From Candidatus Poribacteria bacterium (GTDB taxonomy: Bacteria > Poribacteria > WGA-4E > PCPOR2b), in the NCBI GenBank assembly GCA_965116925.1, contig OZ220744.1:6302589-6366588 (forward strand): a stretch of 64,000 nucleotides of DNA. Direction: 5' to 3'. The position numbers were made by a program, and so were the translations under genes. Of this stretch, positions 1 through 7,445 are shown piece by piece. The notes beneath the pieces were generated by a model. It had not been told where the DNA came from, searched no databases, and saw nothing but the letters and a program-made list of their open reading frames with translations. Position 1 is the stretch's first letter; the number at the start of each line of letters is the position of its first letter.

Positions 1-5
1 TTTGT

Positions 6-464
6 GTGATCGCGTTGCCCGCTTTCGGTGAGCTAACGGATGCGGATCTTGACAAGATTCGGTTGATTGTTAAGGAGGAAGTCAAAGCGGAAATCGCCGG
101 AGTCCGGCAGGAAATCGCCGGAGTCAGAAAGGAACTGAAAGCGGAAATCGCCGGAGTCCGGCAGGAAATCGCCGGAGTCGAACAGGAACTGAAAGCGGAG
201 ATTGCTGGCTCCGAGAAGCGGATAAAAGATTATATCGACGCTAGAATAGAGAGCGTCACAGTCGAAATAGGCAGTGTAGACAAACGTTTCTCAACATACA
301 ATTGGGTGATTTCCATCCTCATGCCGCTGATTGTCGCTGCGGTAGGTATTCCTACAGTCGTCATCGCGTGGCGGAGCGGAAGGGATCGATCGCTCGAAAG
401 GCAAGTTGAAACGCTCGCAAAGGAGATCGAAACGCTGAAGGAACAACGGATTGTAAATCCCTAA
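6..464 (+). CDS. Small coiled-coil membrane protein, family A copy 1 (5' end probably lies before the window start)
   Basis: Begins in the tail of a signal peptide (ALPAFG|ELT), then IRLIVKEEV, AEIAG heptad repeats, SEKRIKDYID, one TM helix and a C-terminal coil; clearly paralogous to 1099, 3319, 4852 and 5919. Confidence 0.8.
   Translation: MIALPAFGELTDADLDKIRLIVKEEVKAEIAGVRQEIAGVRKELKAEIAGVRQEIAGVEQELKAEIAGSEKRIKDYIDARIESVTVEIGSVDKRFSTYNWVISILMPLIVAAVGIPTVVIAWRSGRDRSLERQVETLAKEIETLKEQRIVNP
84..207 (+). repeat. In-frame tandem repeat (54-bp unit made of 21- and 33-bp subunits) encoding KAEIAGVRQEIAGV(R/E)(K/Q)EL
   Basis: aaagcggaaatcgccggagtccggcaggaaatcgccggagtc at 84 and 138, partial third copy at 192. 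Confidence 0.9.
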
Positions 465-475
465 CAGATGTCACC

Positions 476-1030
476 GGTAGGGTTGAGGGGTTGCTCCTAA
501 AAAGTGAACCACAATTCGGGTTGGGGGACCACAATTCGGGTTGGGTGACCCAACCCCTACGGATTGAATTTCCCTCGCTTCCCCGCTTCCTCCCGTCTTC
601 CTGTCCCACATGTCGCCGTTCTATAAACATATCGCCCCGCAGGGGCTAAATCCTCGCCTCCTTGCTTTGTCGTTTTCCCGCGAATCTTATCTGCGTAATC
701 CTTTAATCCGTGTTAATCGGCGATTCAGACATATTGGCAGATGGTGCTCCGCTGGAGCACGGAGATTTGGTCCTATCGCCCTCTATAGACATTATGCTCC
801 GCTGGAGCGTGGGCAATTCCTATCCTCGCGCAACGGGTTGGGGGACCCAACCCCTACGGATTCAATCTCCTCGCTCCCTCCCGTCTTCCTGTTCCACATG
901 TCGCCGTTCTATAAACATATCGCCCCGCAGGGGCTAAATCCTCGCCTCCTCCCCCCCCTCGCTCCCTCGTCCCCTCTGCGTCCTCAGCGTCTCTGCGGTG
1001 TGCTTCTCTCGTTCCACGTTTCCCACAAAA
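476..1030. repeat. Mosaic of REP-like palindromes (intergenic repeat block 1)
   Basis: Hairpins gggttgggtgacccaaccc-ctac (538-560, again near 835), ctataaacatatcgccccgcaggggct and gtgctccgctggagcac; the same modules recur throughout 1.6-7.0 kb. Confidence 0.85.
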
Positions 1031-1035
1031 ATGTC

Positions 1036-1064
1036 TTGCCAACCCGACCCAACCGTGATACTAT
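1036..1064 (+). promoter_or_regulatory. sigma70-type promoter of cassette gene 1099
   Basis: TTGCCA-17 bp-TACTAT with TG extended -10; RBS agaggt upstream of ATG 1099. Confidence 0.7.
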
Positions 1065-1098
1065 ATCAGACCATTCTCCTCAAAAGAGGTGATCCACC

Positions 1099-1578
1099 AT
1101 GAAAGTCGTAATCAGCCTATTCCTACTTCTACTGATAACCCCTGCGTTTGGCCAACTGACGAAGGAGGATATGCGCGCCATCATCAAAGAAGAGGTCCCC
1201 CCTATTGTCAAAGCGGAGATTGCCGCGTCGGAAAAACGGCTGAAGGAGTATATCGATCTCAAAATTGAGACGGTAAACGCCAGAATTGATGCTGTAGAGA
1301 AAAGTCTGAATGCCAGAATTGAGACGGTAAACACTAGAATTGATGTGTTAGAGAAAAGCATAGATGGTAAATTTGATGTCTTAGATACGAGGATGGATGA
1401 TGTGGATAGCAGATTTAATCGTATTTGGCTTGCCATCATCGCGCTGATAACCGCCGCCATTGCACTCCCCCAATTGATTATCATTTATGCGGAAAGGAAA
1501 CGTGGGCGGGAGATCCAGATGCTACTTGAACAATTGCGTGAAAAGACCGAAGGTCCGGAAACCGGGGCGAACCAATGA
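1099..1578 (+). CDS. Small coiled-coil membrane protein, family A copy 2
   Basis: Signal peptide MKVVISLFLLLLITPAFG|QLT, SEKRLKEYID, NARID-type heptads, TM helix IWLAIIALITAAIALPQLIII; good RBS. Confidence 0.85.
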   Translation: MKVVISLFLLLLITPAFGQLTKEDMRAIIKEEVPPIVKAEIAASEKRLKEYIDLKIETVNARIDAVEKSLNARIETVNTRIDVLEKSIDGKFDVLDTRMDDVDSRFNRIWLAIIALITAAIALPQLIIIYAERKRGREIQMLLEQLREKTEGPETGANQ

Positions 1579-1584
1579 ACCGCC

Positions 1585-2170
1585 CCCCTACGGACATCAT
1601 TGGTGTTGGGTTTCGCTGTGGCTCAACCCAACCTACGAAAATACCCCGTTTTCTCGCCTCCCCGCTGCCTCCCGTTTCGCTCCCCAGATGTCGCCCCGCT
1701 GGGGCTTGGGAGGATGGGGTATGTCGCCGTTCTATAAACATATCGCCCCGCAGGGGCTAAATCCTCGCCTCCTTGCTTCGTCGTTTTCCCGCGAATCTTA
1801 TCTGCGTAATCCTTTAATCCGTGTTAATCGGCGATTCAGACATATTGGCAGATGGTGCTCCGCTGGAGCACGGAGATTTGGTCCTATCGCCCTCTATAGA
1901 CATTACGCTCCGCTGGAGCGGGGTCAATTCCCGTCCTCGCGCAAGGGGTTGGGTGACCCAACCCCTACGGATTGAATCTCCTCGCTTCCTCGCTTCCTCC
2001 CGTTTTCCCGTCCCACATGTCGCCCCGCAGGGGCTTGGGAGGATGGGGTATGTCGCCCATCTATAAACATACCGCCCCGCTGGGGCTAAAAGCGTCCCCT
2101 TCCCCCGCTTCTTCCCGTTTTCCCGTCTTCCCGTCTTCCCCTCCCCGCCTTCCCGTTTTCCCCGCCCGTC
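1585..2170. repeat. Mosaic of REP-like palindromes (block 2), including a near-exact copy of about 610-860
   Basis: About 1721-1970 repeats about 610-860 almost base for base; gttgggtttcgctgtggctcaacccaac-ctac hairpin at about 1605-1636; (c/t)ttcccgt pyrimidine octamer runs. Confidence 0.85.
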
Positions 2171-2183
2171 GCCTGATTCAAAC

Positions 2184-2594
2184 TAGGGTCATTTAATTCT
2201 CCCCTATTATTGTCTGAATTATGGATAGACGCGGATTAACCGATTAGAAAGATAAAAGATGCTATCGACAGTTGGCGTAAGAACGCGCAATGAATTGCGC
2301 TACTACAAACGGTGGGGAGACCAGATGCCTCGCCTACGGGTTTGGGTCAGCCCGAACGGTCAAAAAATGGAAAACTAAATAGCCCTACCGTAGGGTCATT
2401 TAATTCTCCCCTATTATTGTCTGAATTATGGATAGACGCGGATTAACAGATTAGAAAGATAAAAGATGCTATCGACAGTTGGCGTAAGAACGCGCAATGA
2501 ATTGCGCTACTACAAACGGTGGGGAGACCAGATGCCTCGCCTACGGGTTTGGGTCAGCCCGAACGGTCAAAAAATGGAAAACTAAATAGCCCTA
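2184..2594. mobile_element. Head-to-tail tandem dimer of a 204-bp MITE (TAGGGTCATTTA...TAAATAGCCCTA)
   Basis: Units 2184-2387 and 2391-2594 are nearly identical and joined by a 3-bp spacer CCG; the dimer is flanked by the 9-bp direct repeat GATTCAAAC (2175-2183 and 2595-2603). Confidence 0.85.
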
Positions 2595-2612
2595 GATTCA
2601 AACAAAAAAGCC

Positions 2613-2641
2613 TTGCGAAATCACTGCAACCGTGATAACCT
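2613..2641 (+). promoter_or_regulatory. sigma70-type promoter of gene 2671
   Basis: TTGCGA-17 bp-TAACCT, with the same CCGTGA before the -10 as in the neighbouring cassettes. Confidence 0.55.
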
Positions 2642-2670
2642 ATAGAACCAAGAAAGGTAGGTGGGCCAAA

Positions 2671-3057
2671 ATGGATTTCGGTTCATGGTCTCCGTCACAT
2701 ACGATATTGGCGCTATTCATCGTCGCCGGTTTCATTGGGCAGGTGGCGGTCTTGTTCTATCGCGTGGGACAAACTGAGAAACGCTTGGCACGTAGTGAAG
2801 AGCGTGCCGAAAAGCGGGATGCGGAATTGCTCGCGCTGATCGATAAGCGAATTGGTGAAGTCAATCAGCGATTCGGTGAAGTCAATCAGCGAATTGACGG
2901 TTTGCGGTCTGAGATGAATCAGCGAATTGACGGCTTACGTACCGAGATGAATCAACGGTTATCCGATATGAACGCTGAAATCGCTGAAGTGCGCACGGAA
3001 ATGCGGCAACTCAACCAGAACCATATCGATCATCTTAACAGGCATGATCAAGCGTGA
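2671..3057 (+). CDS. Small single-TM coiled-coil protein, family B (WSPSH type)
   Basis: MDFGSWSPSH N-terminus, TM helix, NQRIDGLRSEM repeats, LNQNHIDHLN C-terminus; paralog at 26906; start placed at ATG 2671 after aggtaggtgg. Confidence 0.8.
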   Translation: MDFGSWSPSHTILALFIVAGFIGQVAVLFYRVGQTEKRLARSEERAEKRDAELLALIDKRIGEVNQRFGEVNQRIDGLRSEMNQRIDGLRTEMNQRLSDMNAEIAEVRTEMRQLNQNHIDHLNRHDQA

Positions 3058-3255
3058 AAGTCTATAAACATCTCGCTATCTATAGACATGTTGCTCCGCT
3101 GGAGCGGGGTCAATTCCGATCCTCTCGCAAAACGGGTTGGGGGACCCAACCCCTACGGATTGAATCTCCTCGCCTCCGCGCCTCCCTCGTCCCCTCTGCG
3201 TCCTCAGCGTCTCTGCGGTGTGCTTCTCTCGTTCCACGTTTCTCGCAAAAATGTC

Positions 3256-3284
3256 TTGCCAACCCGACCCAACCGTAATACTAT
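3256..3284 (+). promoter_or_regulatory. sigma70-type promoter of gene 3319
   Basis: TTGCCA-17 bp-TACTAT, near-identical to 1036-1064. Confidence 0.7.
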
Positions 3285-3318
3285 ATTAGACCATTCCCCT
3301 CAAAGGAGCCGGTCCGCC

Positions 3319-3732
3319 ATGAAAACCGTAACAACGCTATGCTTACTCCTCTTCCTAACTACCCCCGCATTTGCCCAACTGACGAAGGAGGATATACGCA
3401 CCATCGTCAAAGAAGAGGTCACCGCGTCCGAAAAACGTACGCGGGAATATATCGATCTCAAAATTGATGGTGTGGAGAAAAGCCTGAATACCAGAATTAA
3501 CGAATTAGATAAGAGCCTGAATGCGAGAATTAACGATATACGAATCATAATGATTGCGCTGATTGGACTCATCACCGCCGCCATTGCCATCCCTCAAATC
3601 GTTGCCGCCTACAGAGACAGGGGTCAGAAAGAGATGGAAAGAGGTCAGAAGGCGATGCAATCCCAAATTGACCAGCTGCGCGAGCAAATTGAAGCAATGA
3701 ACCAATCAATCAATGAGCTAATGCATCAATGA
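3319..3732 (+). CDS. Small coiled-coil membrane protein, family A copy 3
   Basis: True start MKTVTTLCLLLFLTTPAFA|QLT after RBS aaggag; SEKRTREYIDLKID, TM helix, QSQIDQLR tail. Confidence 0.85.
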   Translation: MKTVTTLCLLLFLTTPAFAQLTKEDIRTIVKEEVTASEKRTREYIDLKIDGVEKSLNTRINELDKSLNARINDIRIIMIALIGLITAAIAIPQIVAAYRDRGQKEMERGQKAMQSQIDQLREQIEAMNQSINELMHQ

Positions 3733-3734
3733 AT

Positions 3735-4780
3735 CTTCACACATCACGTATTACGTCGCACCTGTCGCCCCGCTGGAGCGGGGTCAATTCCGATCCTCCG
3801 GCAAAACGGGTTGGGGGACCCAACCCCTACGGATTGAATCCCTCTCGTTTTCTGTTTTTCTCACGCCTCACGTATCACTCCGGCACATGGTGCTCCGCTG
3901 GAGCACAATGCTCTGCCCCTCGCCTTCTATAGATATGTCGCTCCGCTGGAGCGGGGTCAATTCCTATCCTCGCGCAAGGGGTTGGGTGACCCAACCCCTA
4001 CGGATTCATTCTCTACCCGCTTGGCAGTCGGGGCAAGATGCCCCTCCCACAGATGATGTGGCTGTCTTTCACGCATCACGTTTCACGCTGCCTTATCCGT
4101 GTTAATCTGTGATTCAGACAATTAACACATGGTGCTCCGCTGGAGCACAATGTTCTGCCCCTTGCCTTCTATAGACATTACGCTCCGCTGGAGCGAAAAG
4201 CAATTCCTCCGGCAAAACGGGTTGGGTGACCCAACCCCTACGGATTGAATCTCTACCCGCTTGGCAGTCGGGGCAAGATGCCCCTCCCACAGATGATGTG
4301 GCTGTCTTTCACGTATCACGTTTCACGCTGCCTTATCCGTGTAATCCTTTAATCCGTGTAAATCCGCGATTCAGACAATTAACACATGGTGCTCCGCTGG
4401 AGCACAATGCTCTGCCCTTCGCCTTCTATAGACATTACGCTCCTCTGGAGCGAAAAGCAATTCCTCCGGCAAAACGGGTTGGGTGACCCAACCCCTACGG
4501 ATTGAATTTCCTCGCTTCCTCCCGTTTTCCCGTCCCACATGTCGCCCCGCTGGGGCTTTGGTTGGTAAGGTATGTCGCCCATCTATAAACATACCGCCCC
4601 GCTGGGGCTAAAAGTGTCCCGCTTCCCCCGCTAGCACATGGCACTCCGCTGGAGTGCGGTATTTTGCCTTATCGCCCGGCTATAGACATTACGCCCTTCT
4701 ATAAACATTGCGCCCCTCTGGGGCTAAACGCCTCCTCGCCTCCTTGCCCCCTCGCTTCCTCGCTCCCTCGTTTTCCCGCA
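3735..4780. repeat. Mosaic of REP-like palindromes (block 3) with internal duplications of about 240-260 bp
   Basis: Repeated modules acacatggtgctccgctggagcacaatg...ctatagacattacgctccgctggagcg...gggttgggtgacccaacccctacgg (near 3885, 4126, 4384) and ggggcaagatgcccctcccacag (near 4030, 4270). Confidence 0.85.
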
Positions 4781-4788
4781 AAAATGGC

Positions 4789-4817
4789 TTGCCAAACCGA
4801 CCCAATCGTGATACCAT
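4789..4817 (+). promoter_or_regulatory. sigma70-type promoter of gene 4852
   Basis: TTGCCA-17 bp-TACCAT with TG extended -10. Confidence 0.65.
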
Positions 4818-4851
4818 ATCAGACCATTCCCCTCAAAGGAGCCGGTCCACC

Positions 4852-5250
4852 ATGAAAACCGTAACAACGCTATGCTTACTCCTCTTTCTAACTCCCCCCG
4901 CATTTGCCCAACTGACGAAGGAGGATATACGCACCATCTTCAAAGAAGAGAACGCCGCGTCCGAAAAACGGCTGAAGGAGTATATCGATCTGAAAGTTGA
5001 AGCAATAAATGCCAGATTTGATGCGACAAATGGCAGAATTGATTCCCTAGACAAAAACCTGAATGGCAGAATGGACGATATACTGACCATAATGATCGCC
5101 CTGATTGCGTTGGTAACCGCTGCGATTGCCGTACCTCAAATCATCATTGCTTTCAAGGAAAAAGGTCAGAAAGAGATGGAAAGAAGTCAAAAGGAGATGC
5201 AATCCCAAATTGACCAGCTCCGCAAAGCGCTTGAAGCGATGCAGCAATGA
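4852..5250 (+). CDS. Small coiled-coil membrane protein, family A copy 4
   Basis: MKTVTTLCLLLFLTPPAFA|QLTKEDIRT, SEKRLKEYIDLK, TM helix, QKEMQSQIDQLR; RBS aaggag. Confidence 0.85.
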   Translation: MKTVTTLCLLLFLTPPAFAQLTKEDIRTIFKEENAASEKRLKEYIDLKVEAINARFDATNGRIDSLDKNLNGRMDDILTIMIALIALVTAAIAVPQIIIAFKEKGQKEMERSQKEMQSQIDQLRKALEAMQQ

Positions 5251-5373
5251 GATACCTCTACAACTCACAATCTAACAGATCGGGGTACAAAAGCCTCCTT
5301 TTATTGAAGCGGTGATTGAAACGGATTTACTGTAGTTGCCCGATTCATCGGGCGTCTGTTCCGAGACTAGGGT

Positions 5374-5670
5374 TAGGATTTGACCTGACAGTGCCCTGCC
5401 AAATCCCTGCCATTTGGCACGGTTATGGTGCCATTTCAGTCAAAAACGGTTCATAAACAGGGCGTATATGTCAGGTCAAAACGCCGTTTGGGCGCACCTT
5501 TTCTTACGTGGTAAAAATCTACAAACGCTCTGAAGCTAGGGCCCATCGGGGTTCAGAGAGACATCGGCTAATGATGCCCCCCCGATGTGAGGTTAAATTT
5601 TTTTTTGGACCTGCCAGTGCCCTGCCAAATTGCCGAATCGTGCCGGTGAATCATTGAAACGGAGGTGTAG
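5374..5670. repeat. About 300-bp dispersed non-coding element; inverted copy at 60601-60895
   Basis: Aligns by eye to the reverse complement of 60601-60895, ending cattgaaacggaggtgtag; internal direct repeat gacctg(a/c)cagtgccctgccaaat near 5382 and 5608. Confidence 0.8.
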
Positions 5671-5677
5671 CAAATTG

Positions 5678-5773
5678 TAGGTCGAGATTCACATCTTGAC
5701 AAACCGCTAAAACCCCTGTAGGTCGAGATTCACATCTCGACGGAAGATCGTCGATTTTGGAAAATCGCCCTAC
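5678..5773. repeat. GTAG-REP cluster (gtaggtcgagattcacatctcgac family with inverted partner gtcgattttggaaaatcg(a/c)cctac)
   Basis: Same doublet recurs at about 13899-13953 and 63335-63389. Confidence 0.8.
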
Positions 5774-5856
5774 AATCCCTTAATCCTCTTAATCCGCGAT
5801 TCAGACAATTAACGCATCCCGCTCCCCGGAGCCAAATGCACCCAATCAAAAAGATC

Positions 5857-5885
5857 TTGATAAATCAACCACACCGTGATAACAT
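5857..5885 (+). promoter_or_regulatory. sigma70-type promoter of gene 5919
   Basis: TTGATA-17 bp-TAACAT preceded by CCGTGA. Confidence 0.6.
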
Positions 5886-5918
5886 ATACCATCATTCCTC
5901 CAAAGGAGTCAGTCAACC

Positions 5919-6269
5919 ATGAGAATCATAGCAATCCTATCCCTACTCCTCTTGGCATCTCCTGCATTTGGCGAACTGACCAAAGAAGATATACGAATCA
6001 TTGTCAGAGAAGAAATCGCCGCGTCCGAGAAGCGCACAAGGGAATATATGGACCTCAAAATTGATGCGACAAATGCCAGAATTGATGCGTTGAATAAAAG
6101 TTTTGATCGCGCATGGGTCTTGATACTTGCGCTGATTGGACTAATAACAGCCGCAATTGCAATCCCTCAAATCATCATTGCGTTCAAAGAACGGGGTCAG
6201 AAGGAGATGCAACTCCAAATTGACCAACTCCGCGAACAAATCGAAGCCATGCAAACGCCTCCATCATAA
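5919..6269 (+). CDS. Small coiled-coil membrane protein, family A copy 5 (shortest)
   Basis: MRIIAILSLLLLASPAFG|ELTKEDIR, SEKRTREYMDLKID, TM helix, QIDQLREQIEAM; RBS aaggag. Confidence 0.85.
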   Translation: MRIIAILSLLLLASPAFGELTKEDIRIIVREEIAASEKRTREYMDLKIDATNARIDALNKSFDRAWVLILALIGLITAAIAIPQIIIAFKERGQKEMQLQIDQLREQIEAMQTPPS

Positions 6270-6279
6270 TTGCAACTGC

Positions 6280-7040
6280 ACTCCCATCGGGTTGGGAGAG
6301 TCACCCTCTACGGACGTTGGTGTTGGGTTTCGCTGTGGCTCTACCCCACCTACGAAACCGCTCCCGTTTTCTGTTTTTTTTGCGTCCTTGCGTTAAATAC
6401 TGTATCACGCATCACGTTTCACGCTGCCTTATCCGTGTTAATCCGCGATTCAGACAATTAACACATGGTGCTCCGCTGGAGCACAATGCTCTGCCCTTCG
6501 CCTTCTATAGATATGTCGCTCCGCTGGAGCGGGGTCAATTCCGATCCTCCGGCAAAACGGGTTGGGGGACCCAACCCCTACGGATTGAATCTCCTCGCTT
6601 CCTCCCGTTTTCCCGTCCTACATGTCGCCCCGCTGGGGCTTGGGTTGTTAGGGTATGTCGCCCATCTATAAACATATCGCCCCGCTGGGGCTAAAAGCGT
6701 CCCGTTTTCCAGTTTCCTATCCTATAAATCCTTGAATCCTGAAAATCCTGATTCAGACAATTATCCGCGTAATCCTTTAATCCGTGTAAATCCGCGATTC
6801 AGACAGATTGGCACATGGTGCTCCGCTGGAGCACAATGCTTTGCCCCTCGCCCTCTATAGACATTGCGCTCCGCTGGAGCGAAAAGCAATTCCTCGCGCA
6901 ACGGGTTGGGGGACCCACCCCCTACGGACATCCTCTCGCAACGGGTTGGGGGACCCAACCCCTACGGATTGAATCTCCTCGCCTCCCCGTCTTCCCGTTT
7001 TCCCGTCTTCCCGTCCTCCCGTCTTCCCGCCCCCTCGCCT
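6280..7040. repeat. Mosaic of REP-like palindromes (block 4)
   Basis: Same modules as blocks 1-3 (gtgctccgctggagcac, gccccgctggggc, gggttgggggacccaacccctac, aatccgcgattcagacaa). Confidence 0.85.
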
Positions 7041-7164
7041 ATTACTTTATTGAAAAAAACCTGAAACCGACCCGCCGTCCGCATCGTAGTATCTTCAGCA
7101 TAATCGCTAGAGATCTATCCGTAGCTTCCGTTTTTTTATGTGCAAATCCCAAATCCGGCGATTC

Positions 7165-7182
7165 GTGTGAATTTTTTCACAA
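7165..7182. promoter_or_regulatory. Palindromic CRP/FNR-family or Rex-like operator
   Basis: gTGTGAattttttTCACAa read as TGTGA-N6-TCACA (7166-7181), ending 8 bp upstream of the -35 box. Confidence 0.6.
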
Positions 7183-7189
7183 AAAAGGC

Positions 7190-7218
7190 TTGACAGATAT
7201 TTGGATCTGTTGTATTAT
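7190..7218 (+). promoter_or_regulatory. Near-consensus sigma70 promoter of the giant surface-protein gene
   Basis: TTGACA-17 bp-TATTAT; implies a 5' leader of about 220 nt before ATG 7446. Confidence 0.75.
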
Positions 7219-7445
7219 AGGGCGTCTTTAACTGATATGAGGGGAAATTACGTCAACAGTTTCGTGGTTCGCCGGGCGGCGAACCCCCTACCGACCGACC
7301 CAATTTCCACAGCTCCACTCCCAACGAAAGGATTCTTACTTTTATGATAGAACAAACAGACGCATCGAAAAGTGACGAGCGTCATGTTAAATATAGATGT
7401 AACACAAACCTTTTAACCCAAAAAAAGACAGGAGGAAAACATATA

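Noticed and set aside
5290-5335. ATTGAAGC/ATTGAAAC motifs resembling CRISPR repeat 3' ends
   Set aside because: Isolated, about 12 bp apart, with no repeat-spacer periodicity
1-6300. Integron cassette array
   Set aside because: No intI and no attC with RYYYAAC/GTTRRRY ends; each gene has its own promoter
476-7040. CRISPR array interpretation of the recurring palindromes
   Set aside because: The sequences between repeats are themselves repeated and irregular in length; there is no constant repeat with unique spacers and no cas genes
610-7231. Many 60-160 aa ORFs in the repeat blocks (for example 610-1092, 1487-1975, 6317-6694, 6815-7231)
   Set aside because: They are translations of REP mosaics in varying frames, without RBS or protein-like composition
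7344-7445. N-terminal extensions from the ORF track (also at 3088, 4708, 14396, 40227, 44172, 53585, 61326)
   Set aside because: Downstream starts have better RBS, signal-peptide or homology support
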